64,000 nucleotides of DNA from an uncultured Planctomycetia bacterium (GCA_964572255.1 CAZNEE010000001.1:267587-331586); one strand, 5' to 3'. Numbered from the stretch's first letter, positions 1 to 10,934 are shown. A program made the numbers and translations. Notes: generated by a model not told the origin, from the letters alone.

Positions 1-2
1 AG

Positions 3-452
3 TTTCGCGAAGGAGATGGGAGTTCTTGGTCTCAGAACTCTTCTTATGGCACAAGTAAAGAGATTTCTGCCAAATATAGCGAAAAATGGAGAGAAGTTCT
101 GAATGAAGACCAAATAAAACTTATAGAGATGTTGTGTTGCCATGAAATGAAATTATTTGGATATGATCCTATTAATGAAGGTGTGGACATATTGTCAGAG
201 AAATATGTCTACGATCCTCTTATCGTTAAGCAGGAAGAACTAGCGGAATGGATCAAACAATATTCGGACACACGACCTATTTTTAATTTAATAGAAATGT
301 CTAAAGAATTAGTGAGAAATCGACTTATGCATATGGATGATAATGAGATAGTCCAACTAAAAGCCTCTAATGAAATTATTGAATCATTGTTCATTGATAG
401 ACAATATTTTAATTATGCTAGGAAATCTGTGTTTCAAGAGGAGAAGATATAG
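3..452 (+). CDS. Sulfotransferase family protein, C-terminal part (5' end outside window)
   Basis: Frame is open from position 3: ...WSQNSSYG..ISAKYSEKWREVLNEDQIKLIEMLCCHEMKLFGY, resembling the C-terminal KW..L...I..IE......M...GY segment of PAPS sulfotransferases. Confidence 0.6.
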   Translation, partial: FREGDGSSWSQNSSYGTSKEISAKYSEKWREVLNEDQIKLIEMLCCHEMKLFGYDPINEGVDILSEKYVYDPLIVKQEELAEWIKQYSDTRPIFNLIEMSKELVRNRLMHMDDNEIVQLKASNEIIESLFIDRQYFNYARKSVFQEEKI

Positions 453-453
453 T

Positions 454-1746
454 ATGAAGATAATAAAGGAAAAGAATACCACCTTTGATGTAGATGGGAT
501 CAAAGAGTTTATCGAGAAATATGCGATGCTTAACCGAGTTGCTGTTTGTGACGAAACCAATGAGGTAGCCGAGGAGGTCGCCCAAAAACTTGGGGGAGAA
601 ATAATATCAATTCCGTCAGGCACAGAATGTCTTACATGGATTATCCCAAAACGCTGGCAAGTTAAAGAGGCGTATATTGAAACTATGGATGGTAAGAAAA
701 TCGTAGAATTTAAAGATAACCCCCTACATCTTTTTTCTTATTCAATTCCATTCGATGGGATCTTGACAAAAGAAGAGCTCGAAAACCATTTATTTTATGA
801 CAAAGAAAATCCAAAAAACATTCCTTATCATTATTCTTATCAATATGCTTTTGGACAGGAGGGTTGGGGATTTTGTCTTTCTTATGACGAATACAAACAA
901 ATGAATGATGAAAAGTATAGAGTTTTTATTGACAGTGACATTGATGACGGCGTTATGAAGATAACTGATTATTATATAAAAGGTGAGAGCGAAGAAACGA
1001 TATTAATAGCGGCACATAATTGCCATCCTGGATTAGTTAATGATGGCTTATCTTCTGTGGCAATTGCTTTGGAGCTATTTAAGTATTTAAAAACAAAAAA
1101 GAACAGATATTCCTATCGTTTGGTTATCGGACCGGAATTTTATGCGGCAGCAGGGTTTTTGGCTAGGGCACAGGATGTAGATAAAATCAAATATGGCATT
1201 TACCTTGATATGCTTGGCAACAATGAACATATGGGGCTTTCTCACTCATTTAAACAGGATACTTATATAGATAAAGTAATGAATAAGACAATTAGTGTTC
1301 ATGATAAAGGTTTTGTTAGTGCTTCTTATAGAGGGCTTAGCGGAAATGATGAGTTTTTTTACGATGGCCCAGATTTTTATATACCTATGGTTTGTTTAGG
1401 TAGATATGATTATTCAGAGTATCATTTAGATTCAGACAATATTGAAAATTGTGATTTTGTAGGACTTGAAAGACATTTTAACTTTTTAAAAGACGTGATC
1501 AGAGTTCTTGAGACTGACTTTGTGCCGGTTAGACAATATAAAGGACCTCTATATCTTAGTCGTTATGGTATCTCTAAGAATACTAAAGCTAATGTATCTC
1601 AAGCTATAGCTTTGGATAAGATACAGATATTAATGGATGGCAGACATTCATGTTTGGAAATAGCGGATAAGCTTGATGTGGAATATGATTTTGTTTATGG
1701 TTTTACGAAAAAACTTTTCGAAAAAGATTTGGTTAAAAAAATATAG
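454..1746 (+). CDS. DUF4910-type polysaccharide-biosynthesis protein with M28 aminopeptidase-like and C-terminal HTH domains
   Basis: Motifs WIIPKRW, NPLHL, IPYHYSY, WGFC, AHNCHP..NDGLS, GNDE, EYH.DSD; start moved to ATG 454 after a GAGGAG RBS. Confidence 0.75.
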   Translation: MKIIKEKNTTFDVDGIKEFIEKYAMLNRVAVCDETNEVAEEVAQKLGGEIISIPSGTECLTWIIPKRWQVKEAYIETMDGKKIVEFKDNPLHLFSYSIPFDGILTKEELENHLFYDKENPKNIPYHYSYQYAFGQEGWGFCLSYDEYKQMNDEKYRVFIDSDIDDGVMKITDYYIKGESEETILIAAHNCHPGLVNDGLSSVAIALELFKYLKTKKNRYSYRLVIGPEFYAAAGFLARAQDVDKIKYGIYLDMLGNNEHMGLSHSFKQDTYIDKVMNKTISVHDKGFVSASYRGLSGNDEFFYDGPDFYIPMVCLGRYDYSEYHLDSDNIENCDFVGLERHFNFLKDVIRVLETDFVPVRQYKGPLYLSRYGISKNTKANVSQAIALDKIQILMDGRHSCLEIADKLDVEYDFVYGFTKKLFEKDLVKKI

Positions 1747-1762
1747 CAACAAAGAATAAAGT

Positions 1763-3238
1763 ATGATCGAAAAAAAGAAGACTATTTTAAAACACTTGCT
1801 TACTTATATGCCGGGTAGATATTTCTCTCAGTTTGTAGGATTTTTTATTGCGTTGTTCATGAAGAGATTTTTGGGGCCGTTTTACGCTGGGGTTTGGGCC
1901 CTATTGCGTGTCATTGAGAGGTATATTCGCTATCTGGAATTAGGGACTCCTGTTTCAGTTTTTTACAAACTTCCCTTTTTTATTGGGCAGGGCAAAAAAG
2001 AGGAAGCAGATGAAGTGAAGAATGTTGTTTTCAGTTTTCTCATGGTCGTTACTTTCATAGCAAGCTTGGGAGTCGCGTCTTATGCATTATGTTTTTCAAA
2101 ACACCTGTCGCATGAGATGTTCTGGGGATTGCTTGCAGTTTCAGTTATTTTAATATGCGAGAGGGTTTATAATTTTTATATTTTGCTTCTCAGGACAAAT
2201 AAAGATTATAACATACTTAGTAAATCGCTTTGCTTTGATGCAATTATCAATCTTTTACTAGTATTATTCGTTGTTAGTAGATTTAAACTATACGGGCTGT
2301 TCGTAGTTGTGATCATTCTTCCGATTTTGAATGTATTATTTATCAGACATTATGTTAAATACAATATTCGGTGGGTATTTAATTGGAGAAAAGCTTTTAC
2401 CTATGTTAAGTTCGGCCTGCCTATGTACTTATCCTCGATCTTATCTATGTTGTTAAATAGTGTAGACAGAATAATGGTGGTAAGTATGCTGGGATTTCAG
2501 CAGTTGGGATTTTATTCTATTGCGGTAATGGCAAAAAGTTATAGCGCACAATTGTCAACAAATTTCAGTCATGTGACAAGTCCTCATTTTATTGAAGATT
2601 TTGGGAAGGGTGACAAGAAAAGATTACCGTTATATGTTGTTGATGGTTCATTTTCAGTTTCTTGTTTTATGGCTATTATCTTAGGGGTTATATTTATATT
2701 TTCATTACCTATAATTAGATTGGTACTACCAGCCTTTGAACCGGGGTTAACGGCTTTAAGGATCTTTTTACTGACAAGTTTTTTTATGAGCCTGGCGTCA
2801 TTTCCTCAAGATTATATTGTAACCAGAGATAAGCAGATAATATTGTTACCTTTTATGTTTATAGCGTTAGCGATCAATGTTGCCTTAAATTATTATTTCA
2901 TTAAATCAGGCTTTGGAATAAACGGGGCAGCTACTGCGACAGCCATATCTTCCGGTTTTTATTTGTTATCCATATTTAGCTACGGCATGAGATATTTTGC
3001 AAATGTAAAGGGTATATTACAGTATATTTTTAAAATTTTTCTTCCATTAATATATCTATTAATAGTTGTTCTATTGCTAGAAAATTTCATAACTTATCCG
3101 GGTATTTGGTTAAATTCTTTTATAAAATCAGGCCTTTTCTTGATCGCGAGTATTGTTGTTGTGTTATTGCTGGAGAAGGAAACAGGGCTAGTCAGGATAT
3201 TAATAGGTTTACTTAAGGAAAAATTTAGTAGGAGCTGA
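1763..3238 (+). CDS. wzx: Wzx-type oligosaccharide flippase (MOP family)
   Basis: About 12-14 hydrophobic segments; FLGPFYAG, VDRIMV..MLG...LGFYSIA and GINGAATATAIS motifs. Confidence 0.8.
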   Translation: MIEKKKTILKHLLTYMPGRYFSQFVGFFIALFMKRFLGPFYAGVWALLRVIERYIRYLELGTPVSVFYKLPFFIGQGKKEEADEVKNVVFSFLMVVTFIASLGVASYALCFSKHLSHEMFWGLLAVSVILICERVYNFYILLLRTNKDYNILSKSLCFDAIINLLLVLFVVSRFKLYGLFVVVIILPILNVLFIRHYVKYNIRWVFNWRKAFTYVKFGLPMYLSSILSMLLNSVDRIMVVSMLGFQQLGFYSIAVMAKSYSAQLSTNFSHVTSPHFIEDFGKGDKKRLPLYVVDGSFSVSCFMAIILGVIFIFSLPIIRLVLPAFEPGLTALRIFLLTSFFMSLASFPQDYIVTRDKQIILLPFMFIALAINVALNYYFIKSGFGINGAATATAISSGFYLLSIFSYGMRYFANVKGILQYIFKIFLPLIYLLIVVLLLENFITYPGIWLNSFIKSGLFLIASIVVVLLLEKETGLVRILIGLLKEKFSRS

Positions 3239-3239
3239 A

Positions 3240-4106
3240 ATGCTTCCCAATGTTTTAGTTATAGGAGCTCAAAAGGCGGCAACATCCTGGATCTATCAGT
3301 GTTTAAAGGAACATCCGGATGTATTTGTTCCTTTTGTCAAAGAACAACATTTTTTTGACCAGAATTATCATGAAGGATTGGAGTGGTATGAAAGGTATTT
3401 TAAAGGATATGGAAGTGAAAAAGCTATATGTGATGTAAGCCCGTCATATCTTAGTAGTGGTATTGCGCCTGAAAGAATAAAGAATGCTTTGGGAGATATA
3501 AAACTGATCGTGTGTTTAAGAAATCCGATTGATAGGGCTTTTTCCCAATATAAGATGCATTTGCGAAAAAAAACAGCTGATAAGCCTTTTGAAGAATTAT
3601 GGAGAAGGGATGAGAAAAGTGAATATGTGCAATTTGGTCGTTACTATACACATTTAGAACAATATTTAGAGTTTTTCCCCAAAGAAAATATATTAGTTTT
3701 AATATATGAAGATATACAAAATGATCCGATTAGCTTTATCCAAAGAATATATAGATTTATAGGCGTTGATGAAAACTTTAAGCCGAAAAGTGCGGATAAA
3801 ATTATTCCTCCCGAAAGCCTGGAATACGGATCATTTTATAAATTTGCAAAGAAATTAACATCTATTATCCGGAAATGGGGTATGGGCTCCCTAGTGGAAG
3901 CTGTTAAAAGATCAAAGGTCCAAGTTCTTTTAGATCGCATAATGATCAGATCTTCTCATGGTGAGAGAATCGATAACAAGGATCAAAAAGATGCAAAAAA
4001 AATGGAAATGGATCCCCAGACAAGGATTGAACTGCGGGAAGTTTTCAGCGATGAGATAAAAAAACTTTCAGAACTTATTGATAGAGACCTGAGTTTTTGG
4101 AAATAA
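3240..4106 (+). CDS. PAPS-dependent sulfotransferase
   Basis: 5'-PSB motif IGAQKAATS, KEQHFF, 3'-PB motif LRNPIDRAFSQY. Confidence 0.9.
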   Translation: MLPNVLVIGAQKAATSWIYQCLKEHPDVFVPFVKEQHFFDQNYHEGLEWYERYFKGYGSEKAICDVSPSYLSSGIAPERIKNALGDIKLIVCLRNPIDRAFSQYKMHLRKKTADKPFEELWRRDEKSEYVQFGRYYTHLEQYLEFFPKENILVLIYEDIQNDPISFIQRIYRFIGVDENFKPKSADKIIPPESLEYGSFYKFAKKLTSIIRKWGMGSLVEAVKRSKVQVLLDRIMIRSSHGERIDNKDQKDAKKMEMDPQTRIELREVFSDEIKKLSELIDRDLSFWK

Positions 4107-4125
4107 AATGAAGCATGGAGGATAG

Positions 4126-4905
4126 GTGGAAGATATAAAAGAATTAAGAAAGATCTGCCAACTGCCGAGGAAGGCGTACGATACATGGTATGGTTTAAAT
4201 GTGTGCAGGAAAATTTCCATATACATAACAAGGGTTATACTTCCTTTTGGGGTTTCAGCTGATTTTGTTACTTTAATTTTCTTGGCAGTAGGTGTTTTAG
4301 CTTGTTTTTTCTTTGCAATAGGAACGAAGTTGTCTTTTTTAATTGGGATAATCGTTTTACAGCTATGGTACGTGTTGGATCACGTTGATGGAGAGGTTGC
4401 CAGGTACAGAAAATCTTCGTCTATTACCGGTGTATATTTTGATAAATTTGCTCATTACCTTGTACATCCGTCTGTTTTCTTCTGTCTGGGGTGGGGCGCA
4501 TATAAAAGTATGGGCATTCAATATGCTGTTATAGTTGGGTATATATCCGGGATCTCGAATATTTTAATATCTGCCACTGAGGATCTAAAGGAATCGACGA
4601 TTTTATCCAAGCTTATTAGAGATGGAAATACTGTGAATTTTGGTAAGGAAGAAGGGAAGAAGCCTGGCGAAGAAAAAAGTATTATCAAAATATTATTTTC
4701 AAGTATTCATAAGATATGTATTTTCCCGCAAGCGATGAACATAATTTCTTTAGCGGTTATACTTAATATATTAGGTTTCAAAAAAATTATTTTATGGGTT
4801 TTGTTTGTTTATGCGATACTCATGACATTGGTGTGGACTACCAGATTGATGCAGTTCGTACGCACAAAAAGGATAGATGCGGAATTGGGAGGATTATTAA
4901 AATGA
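4126..4905 (+). CDS. CDP-alcohol phosphatidyl/phosphotransferase family protein
   Basis: Signature D-x2-DG-x2-AR-x7-G-x3-D (DHVDGEVARYRKSSSITGVYFD); membrane segments; GTG start after GGAGG. Confidence 0.85.
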   Translation: MEDIKELRKICQLPRKAYDTWYGLNVCRKISIYITRVILPFGVSADFVTLIFLAVGVLACFFFAIGTKLSFLIGIIVLQLWYVLDHVDGEVARYRKSSSITGVYFDKFAHYLVHPSVFFCLGWGAYKSMGIQYAVIVGYISGISNILISATEDLKESTILSKLIRDGNTVNFGKEEGKKPGEEKSIIKILFSSIHKICIFPQAMNIISLAVILNILGFKKIILWVLFVYAILMTLVWTTRLMQFVRTKRIDAELGGLLK

Positions 4906-5651
4906 TCATGCGCAGCAAGAGGGAAGAATTCTGGAAAACGCGGTCAAAAAATTATGAAAACCTGGAATGGGCAATAAAGGGCGGATATCTTCACGCTTTT
5001 CTGGATGCCGGGAGTTTCCATCCAGGGGATCATGTCCTGGATATAGGGACAGGTACGGGTATAATCAGCCATACAATTTCACCTTTCGTGGAAAAGGTTA
5101 TAGGAATAGATATTTCAGAGGATATGTTATCTCACGCTTTCGATCACAGGACTGACAATGAAGAGTTCTTAAAGATGGATGCTACTAATTTAGAATTTCA
5201 AGATGGGATTTTTTCCAAAGTAACAGCACGTATGGTTTTTCATCATATTCTCGATAATACGCAAAAAGCCATGGATGAATGTTACAGGGTTCTTAAACCC
5301 GGCGGTCAAATGATCTTTTCAGAAGGAGTGCCGCCGTCTGAAAATGTTAAACAGTTTTATACTGATATGTTCAAATTGAAGGAAGAGAGACTTACGTTCA
5401 TGGACAGCGATCTGATCGCGATCATGAGAAATGCCGGTTTTAAGAACATACAAGAAATCGTGTATTGGTCCAGAAAGTCAAGCATAAGAAATTGGCTGAT
5501 CAATTCCGGATTATCCGAAGACACGCAGGAAAACATTTTCAATATGCATCTTGAGCTTGAAGAAAAGGGTAAGCGCGATTATAACATGATCATTGAGAAC
5601 GGGGATTGTTTCATTGATATGAAATTTGTGATATTAGTTGGTGAAAAATGA
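4902..5651 (+). CDS. Class I SAM-dependent methyltransferase
   Basis: VLDIGTGTG, IGIDIS, RVLKPGG; start placed at the ATGA overlap with the upstream stop. Confidence 0.85.
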   Translation: MIMRSKREEFWKTRSKNYENLEWAIKGGYLHAFLDAGSFHPGDHVLDIGTGTGIISHTISPFVEKVIGIDISEDMLSHAFDHRTDNEEFLKMDATNLEFQDGIFSKVTARMVFHHILDNTQKAMDECYRVLKPGGQMIFSEGVPPSENVKQFYTDMFKLKEERLTFMDSDLIAIMRNAGFKNIQEIVYWSRKSSIRNWLINSGLSEDTQENIFNMHLELEEKGKRDYNMIIENGDCFIDMKFVILVGEK

Positions 5652-6550
5652 GAATAGAAATAATGGTGCTCAATTATAACGGCAAGGAGCTTTTAGCTGA
5701 ATGTTTGCCGAGTTTTGCTGAAGCGGTAAAAAACAGCAAAAACGAATGCACTTTATCCATAGTTGACAATAAAAGTGAGGATGGAAGTGTCGAGTTCTTA
5801 AAAGAGAAGTTCCCAGAATTTAATGTATATGTTACGGATGAGAATAGGGTACTATGTTCATTCAACGAAATGGTGGAGAATTCAAAAGCTGACATATTGA
5901 TCTTGATGAATAACGATATCAAGGTGGATAAGAACTTCATCGATCCGCTTGTTGAGCATTTTACAGATTCAAAAGTTTTTTATGCAGCGCCTAAGGTGCT
6001 TAATTTTGACGGTACGTTTAATGGGGGAAAGTCATACTTAAGCATGAAATATGGTATTATGAAAGTTAATATCGATAAAGAGACTTATGATGAACAGGGG
6101 ATCACTCACACAATAGGATGCGGTGCGTTCAGGAAAGATAATTTTCTAAAATTAGGCGGATACGATCCTATATATCTGCCGGGATACTGGGAAGATACTG
6201 ATATTTGTTACAGGGGATTAAAAGAGGGGTTAAAGGGGATATATGAGCCAAAAAGTATGATCTACCACAAGGAACATTCGAGTTTTTCAAAAAGCTTCTC
6301 ATGGTATAAAAAGATGTCGATAGTAGACAGGAACATGTTCATATTTATGTGGAAAAATATCAGCGATACTGCATTGTGGGCAAAACATATTATATTGGTT
6401 ATACCTCATGTGTTTGCTGCGGCCATTTGCGGAAGGTCACATTTACTTGTAGGATTTTTTAAGGCTTTATTTAAGATCCCTCAAATAATAAAAAGGCGCA
6501 AAGCAGCACAGAAAGTGTTTTCAGTGAAAGATAGAGATATTATTTCATAG
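5648..6550 (+). CDS. Glycosyltransferase family 2
   Basis: VLNYNG, VDNKSEDGS, LMNND, YWEDTD. Confidence 0.9.
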   Translation: MRIEIMVLNYNGKELLAECLPSFAEAVKNSKNECTLSIVDNKSEDGSVEFLKEKFPEFNVYVTDENRVLCSFNEMVENSKADILILMNNDIKVDKNFIDPLVEHFTDSKVFYAAPKVLNFDGTFNGGKSYLSMKYGIMKVNIDKETYDEQGITHTIGCGAFRKDNFLKLGGYDPIYLPGYWEDTDICYRGLKEGLKGIYEPKSMIYHKEHSSFSKSFSWYKKMSIVDRNMFIFMWKNISDTALWAKHIILVIPHVFAAAICGRSHLLVGFFKALFKIPQIIKRRKAAQKVFSVKDRDIIS

Positions 6551-6564
6551 ATAAAGGGCTAAAA

Positions 6565-7680
6565 TTGAATATTTTATACATTACCAGGAAACATCCTCCT
6601 TCAATAGGGGGGATGCAGACTCAGAGTTATGATTTTTTTGAGGCTATTTCCAAAAAGTCAAACGCTTATATTATATCGTGGGGGCATTCACAGCTTTTTC
6701 TGCCGTTTTTCATGTTATATTGCATGATAAAAGCTGCTGTAATATTAAGCGGGAAAAGAATAGATGTTATTCAGTTAGGCGATTTAGTGCTTTCGCCTGC
6801 AGGGCTTATCCTGAAAACATTGTTTAAAAAGCCTGTGCTTACTGTGTCTCATGGAAAAGATTCAGCGTATAAGGGGTTTCTTTATGAACTTTTTGTTTTA
6901 AAACCTGCAAGAAAATTAGATAGAGTGATATGTGTAAGCGGTTATTTAAAATCAAGGCTATGCACAAGAAACTTTCCGGAAGAAAAGCTAACTGTTATAC
7001 CGAACGGGATATCTCAAGGGAAGAAGGATAGTATAGACATAAGCAAGCAAGGCGCAATAGCAGAACTTGAGTCCAGGTATGGAATTTCTCTTGAGAATAA
7101 AAAGATAATACTTTCCATTTCCAGGCTGGTAGCCAAAAAGGGCATAGAACAGTTCATTAGACAAGTGTTTATAAATATCATCAAGGAAGAAGAGAACGTT
7201 TTGTATTTAGTAGCAGGTGATGGTCCCGAAAAGACAAGTGTAATGAAAGCTGTTAATGATCTGAATCTACAGGAGAAGGTTTTTTTGACCGGATATATTG
7301 AACATAACTCCTATGCATATAAAGCTCTATTTAAGGCAGCTGACGTTTTTATTATGCCGAATATAAGAGTGAAGGGAGATGCCGAAGGATTTGGATTGAC
7401 AGCATTAGAAGCCGCCTCAGCCGTTTTACCTGTTATAGCATATAAGGTTGATGGCATAAGCGAAGCCATTTATACAGGGAAAAATGGCATTTTAATAGAT
7501 GAGGGGGATCACGGCCTGTTTGCCAGCACGCTGATATCCTTCCTGAAAGATACTCCACGGAGTCAGGATTTTGGCAAAGCGGCTCGAGATTATGTTTTTT
7601 CTCATTTTAATTGGAATAAAGTCGCGGATATGTATATTGATGAATATAATTTCATATTGAATAGGAGCAAAAATGTCTGA
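6565..7680 (+). CDS. Glycosyltransferase family 4
   Basis: PPSIGG, IPNG, SRLVAKKG, EGFGLTALEA; TTG start. Confidence 0.9.
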   Translation: MNILYITRKHPPSIGGMQTQSYDFFEAISKKSNAYIISWGHSQLFLPFFMLYCMIKAAVILSGKRIDVIQLGDLVLSPAGLILKTLFKKPVLTVSHGKDSAYKGFLYELFVLKPARKLDRVICVSGYLKSRLCTRNFPEEKLTVIPNGISQGKKDSIDISKQGAIAELESRYGISLENKKIILSISRLVAKKGIEQFIRQVFINIIKEEENVLYLVAGDGPEKTSVMKAVNDLNLQEKVFLTGYIEHNSYAYKALFKAADVFIMPNIRVKGDAEGFGLTALEAASAVLPVIAYKVDGISEAIYTGKNGILIDEGDHGLFASTLISFLKDTPRSQDFGKAARDYVFSHFNWNKVADMYIDEYNFILNRSKNV

Positions 7681-9241
7681 AAGATCCAATAAGTATATAT
7701 TAGTTTTTGTGTTTTTTGCGGCTATCTTGAGCCTTTTTTCTACAGGACATTTCGGCGGCGATGGCTTAGCCAACTATTTGACCGCAAAAAGCATGATCGA
7801 GGATCATGATCTAGTTATATTTGATAAACCGTTTGGTGTGACTCAAATGAGATACCATACTCCTTATGAAACCAACAGGGGGACCCAAGGCAGGGAAGGT
7901 AAATATTATTCAAGCTATGGCATGGGTATGCCCATATTATTAATACCGTTTGTTTTTATGGGAAAAATTGTATCATCATTTATTAGCGGAATGGATAGCG
8001 AATATATCATGCAATTTTTCGCATCTTTTGCCAACCCGATTGCGTATTCGTTTATTGCGCTGCTGTTATTTATAATAGTCAAAAGGCTGGGGTATAACGA
8101 TATTATCAGTTTTTTAATTTCAATTATAACGATATTTTGCACCATCAACGTTATATATTCAAGAACCGGCTTTACGGAACCCGCACTTATGCTTTGTCTG
8201 GTCTTGTCTGCTTATTTTTTGTTACTTCATATAAGGAACAGCTCATGGATATATATGTTCTTATCCAGCATGTGTTTTTCTTATGCCTTTTTTATTAAAA
8301 AATATTATTTTATCTATGTTGTGTGCTATCTCATATATAGCTTCATATATTGCAGAGGCAAAAGAAAAACAGATCTTTTGGCCACCGTAGTTGCATTTGC
8401 TATTCCCGTTATTTTATTTATAGCCGCTATTTTATTTTTTAATTATATCAGATTCGGAGGACTTTTAAAAACGGAATACGGCACGATTTCCGAAGTTTTA
8501 CATAGAGCAAGCACCGGTAAGAGATATATAAAAGGTGTATATTATTACTTGTTCAGCAGCGGCAAGGGTTATTTATTCTTTAATGCTTCGCTTTTGTTGG
8601 CGCTTTTCACAATAAAAGACTTCATGAAGAAAAACAAGCTGTTCGGAACGTTCATTTTATCCGTAGTTTTAGTAACTCTTTCTTTTTGGGTCTTTAAATT
8701 CAGCAGAGGTTCATTATTTTCCTGGGGGACCAGATATATTCTTATCACAACTCCTTTTATGGGCATATTTTTGGCAGAATTTTTACACCAGGCAAAAGAC
8801 AAATTCAGGCGAGCCTCAATTATTGTTATTGCATTTTTAGGTTTTATCGTGCAGCTTCCGTGCCTGTTTGTAAATAGTTCCAGGTGGCTTCTTTTTGTTA
8901 AAGAAAAGCTCGCCCAGCAGGAATTCCTCATAAACTTTGTTCCAGACCTAAGCCCTATAAAAGGGTGCTGGGCGTTATTTATATCCATGCTGCACAGGAT
9001 CTTTTTAGGAGAAAGTCTGACTTATGTATATAACCCGGATTATGCTCACGTGCAAAGTATTGAAGCAAGTTTATCCGGATATGATATTTTAGATGTCTGG
9101 TGGGCGCATGTTATAAATCTGCATCAGGATCTCAGAATATTTGTCATAGCATCGGTATTGCTTATACTCAGCTTAATAGCATTTTTGTTATTCAGGATCA
9201 ATTTATGGCTTAAAAAATGCAGTTTGGAGCAGGACTTATAA
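7673..9241 (+). CDS. Multi-pass membrane protein, probable GT-C (lipid-carrier-dependent, ArnT/PMT-like) glycosyltransferase
   Basis: N-terminal TM followed by acidic loop GGDG..Y, FTEP after further TMs, late WGTRYIL motif. Confidence 0.55.
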   Translation: MSERSNKYILVFVFFAAILSLFSTGHFGGDGLANYLTAKSMIEDHDLVIFDKPFGVTQMRYHTPYETNRGTQGREGKYYSSYGMGMPILLIPFVFMGKIVSSFISGMDSEYIMQFFASFANPIAYSFIALLLFIIVKRLGYNDIISFLISIITIFCTINVIYSRTGFTEPALMLCLVLSAYFLLLHIRNSSWIYMFLSSMCFSYAFFIKKYYFIYVVCYLIYSFIYCRGKRKTDLLATVVAFAIPVILFIAAILFFNYIRFGGLLKTEYGTISEVLHRASTGKRYIKGVYYYLFSSGKGYLFFNASLLLALFTIKDFMKKNKLFGTFILSVVLVTLSFWVFKFSRGSLFSWGTRYILITTPFMGIFLAEFLHQAKDKFRRASIIVIAFLGFIVQLPCLFVNSSRWLLFVKEKLAQQEFLINFVPDLSPIKGCWALFISMLHRIFLGESLTYVYNPDYAHVQSIEASLSGYDILDVWWAHVINLHQDLRIFVIASVLLILSLIAFLLFRINLWLKKCSLEQDL

Positions 9242-10005
9242 TGTCTGACCGTAATTACCAATATGGGTTTTCCAGTATGCATTCTGATTCAGTCTATGAT
9301 ACCGGCATGCGTAAACAAAAAGCACAAAAAATACTGTCTGTTCTGGACGATTATTATTCTGGCAATCTGGATAACTTGAACTTGATCGATATAGGATGCG
9401 CTTCAGGCATCATGTCGAACATATTAAGTGGCAGATTTGCAAATGTGACGGGTGTAGACATAGACAAAGAAGCCGTTGATTATGCTGTAAAGAATTTCCA
9501 GTCTGATAAACTGCGCTTTAAGATAGCAAGCGGGACAGATCTTGATTTTCCGGACTCATCAATGGATGTTGCTGTTTGCGCGCAGGTATATGAACATGTG
9601 CCTGATCCGGAGAAACTGTTTTCGGAAATATACAGAGTGCTTAAGCCCGGAGGCATATGCTATTTTGCCGCCTTGAACCGCCTGAGGGTAATGGAACCGC
9701 ATTATAGATTGCCCTTTTTGTCGCTTATTCCCAAGCCGGCAGCAGGATTTTATTTAAAAGCCCTTAAAAAGGGAGATTCGTATTACGAAAATCTTTTGAC
9801 CCTATGGCAACTGAAGAATTTAAGCAGGAAATTTGAAATTATAGATTATACGCGAGAGGTCATTAAGGATCCGGAAAAATATAACGCAACAGAGATGCTT
9901 AAACCCGGTTCATTTAAGCATAAACTGGCTGTTCAGGTTTCCCGAAACGCTTACTGGCTTTGCCCGACATATATTTGGCTATTGCGCAAGGGGAAGGCTG
10001 TATGA
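9241..10005 (+). CDS. Class I SAM-dependent methyltransferase
   Basis: LIDIGCASG, GVDID, VYEHVPD, RVLKPGG. Confidence 0.88.
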   Translation: MSDRNYQYGFSSMHSDSVYDTGMRKQKAQKILSVLDDYYSGNLDNLNLIDIGCASGIMSNILSGRFANVTGVDIDKEAVDYAVKNFQSDKLRFKIASGTDLDFPDSSMDVAVCAQVYEHVPDPEKLFSEIYRVLKPGGICYFAALNRLRVMEPHYRLPFLSLIPKPAAGFYLKALKKGDSYYENLLTLWQLKNLSRKFEIIDYTREVIKDPEKYNATEMLKPGSFKHKLAVQVSRNAYWLCPTYIWLLRKGKAV

Positions 10006-10922
10006 TCAAAAAACCCACAGTTATAATTACTTCTTTAGGAAGAACTGGGACACTGTTTTTTGCCAGGTTTTTTAAAGATAGATTCAGTAATGTTGCAGCT
10101 TTCCATGAAGCGGGGAGGATCACATTACGTGAGATAAAGATGTCCGAGATCGTAGGTTCTATAAAGAATTTTGGGTTAAAAAAGTCAGTATTCAATAAGC
10201 TCTCAAGAGAAAGCGGGCTTATGAGTCTTTCTCATAAAAGAATGAGATCAGAGATATCAACTCAACAGGCGGCAGAAGGGATTATAGCTAATAGAAAATC
10301 ATTTATAGAGAAGGCCAAAGAGGATCTATATGTAGAATCTAATTACCAGTATTACGGGCTGATAGATGTATTGCCTTCTGTTTTTGAGAGATATAAGTTA
10401 GTGTACATAATCAGGGATCCCCGGGATTGGGTGGCATCATGCATTAATTCAAGACTGTTTTATCATCCTACCGATTTTCATACTTTGATCGGCGACAGGA
10501 TAACGCCGGCTCTTATAAAAGATGAGGAATATACTGATAAGTGGCGAAAGATGGATAGGTTTGAAAAACTTTGCTGGGCTTGGAATTATATAAATAATTA
10601 TGCCGTGAAAAGTGTAAAAAATAACCCTTATGCGAGCATATACAAGTTTGAAGAAATTTTCTTATCTGATGATAGAGCAGCAAAATTGATTGAATTGATA
10701 GAAATTATTCTAGATTTCGATGGATTAAGGATACAAAGACCGGGCAAAGAGGATGTCGCTGAATTTCTGGACAGAAAAATCAATAAATCAAAGATCCAAA
10801 ATTTTCCGAAATGGGATAAATGGCCCAAAGGACGCGCTAAGTTCCTGCATGAAATGTGCGGTTCGTTAATGCAGGAATTTAACTACGGAAAAGAAGAGAA
10901 GTGGCAGAGCTTGATATCTTAA
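10002..10922 (+). CDS. Sulfotransferase-like protein
   Basis: TSLGRTGT (5'-PSB-like), HE, IIRDPRDWVAS (3'-PB-like), C-terminal KW...M..FNY. Confidence 0.8.
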   Translation: MIKKPTVIITSLGRTGTLFFARFFKDRFSNVAAFHEAGRITLREIKMSEIVGSIKNFGLKKSVFNKLSRESGLMSLSHKRMRSEISTQQAAEGIIANRKSFIEKAKEDLYVESNYQYYGLIDVLPSVFERYKLVYIIRDPRDWVASCINSRLFYHPTDFHTLIGDRITPALIKDEEYTDKWRKMDRFEKLCWAWNYINNYAVKSVKNNPYASIYKFEEIFLSDDRAAKLIELIEIILDFDGLRIQRPGKEDVAEFLDRKINKSKIQNFPKWDKWPKGRAKFLHEMCGSLMQEFNYGKEEKWQSLIS

Positions 10923-10934
10923 GAGGAGCGGATA

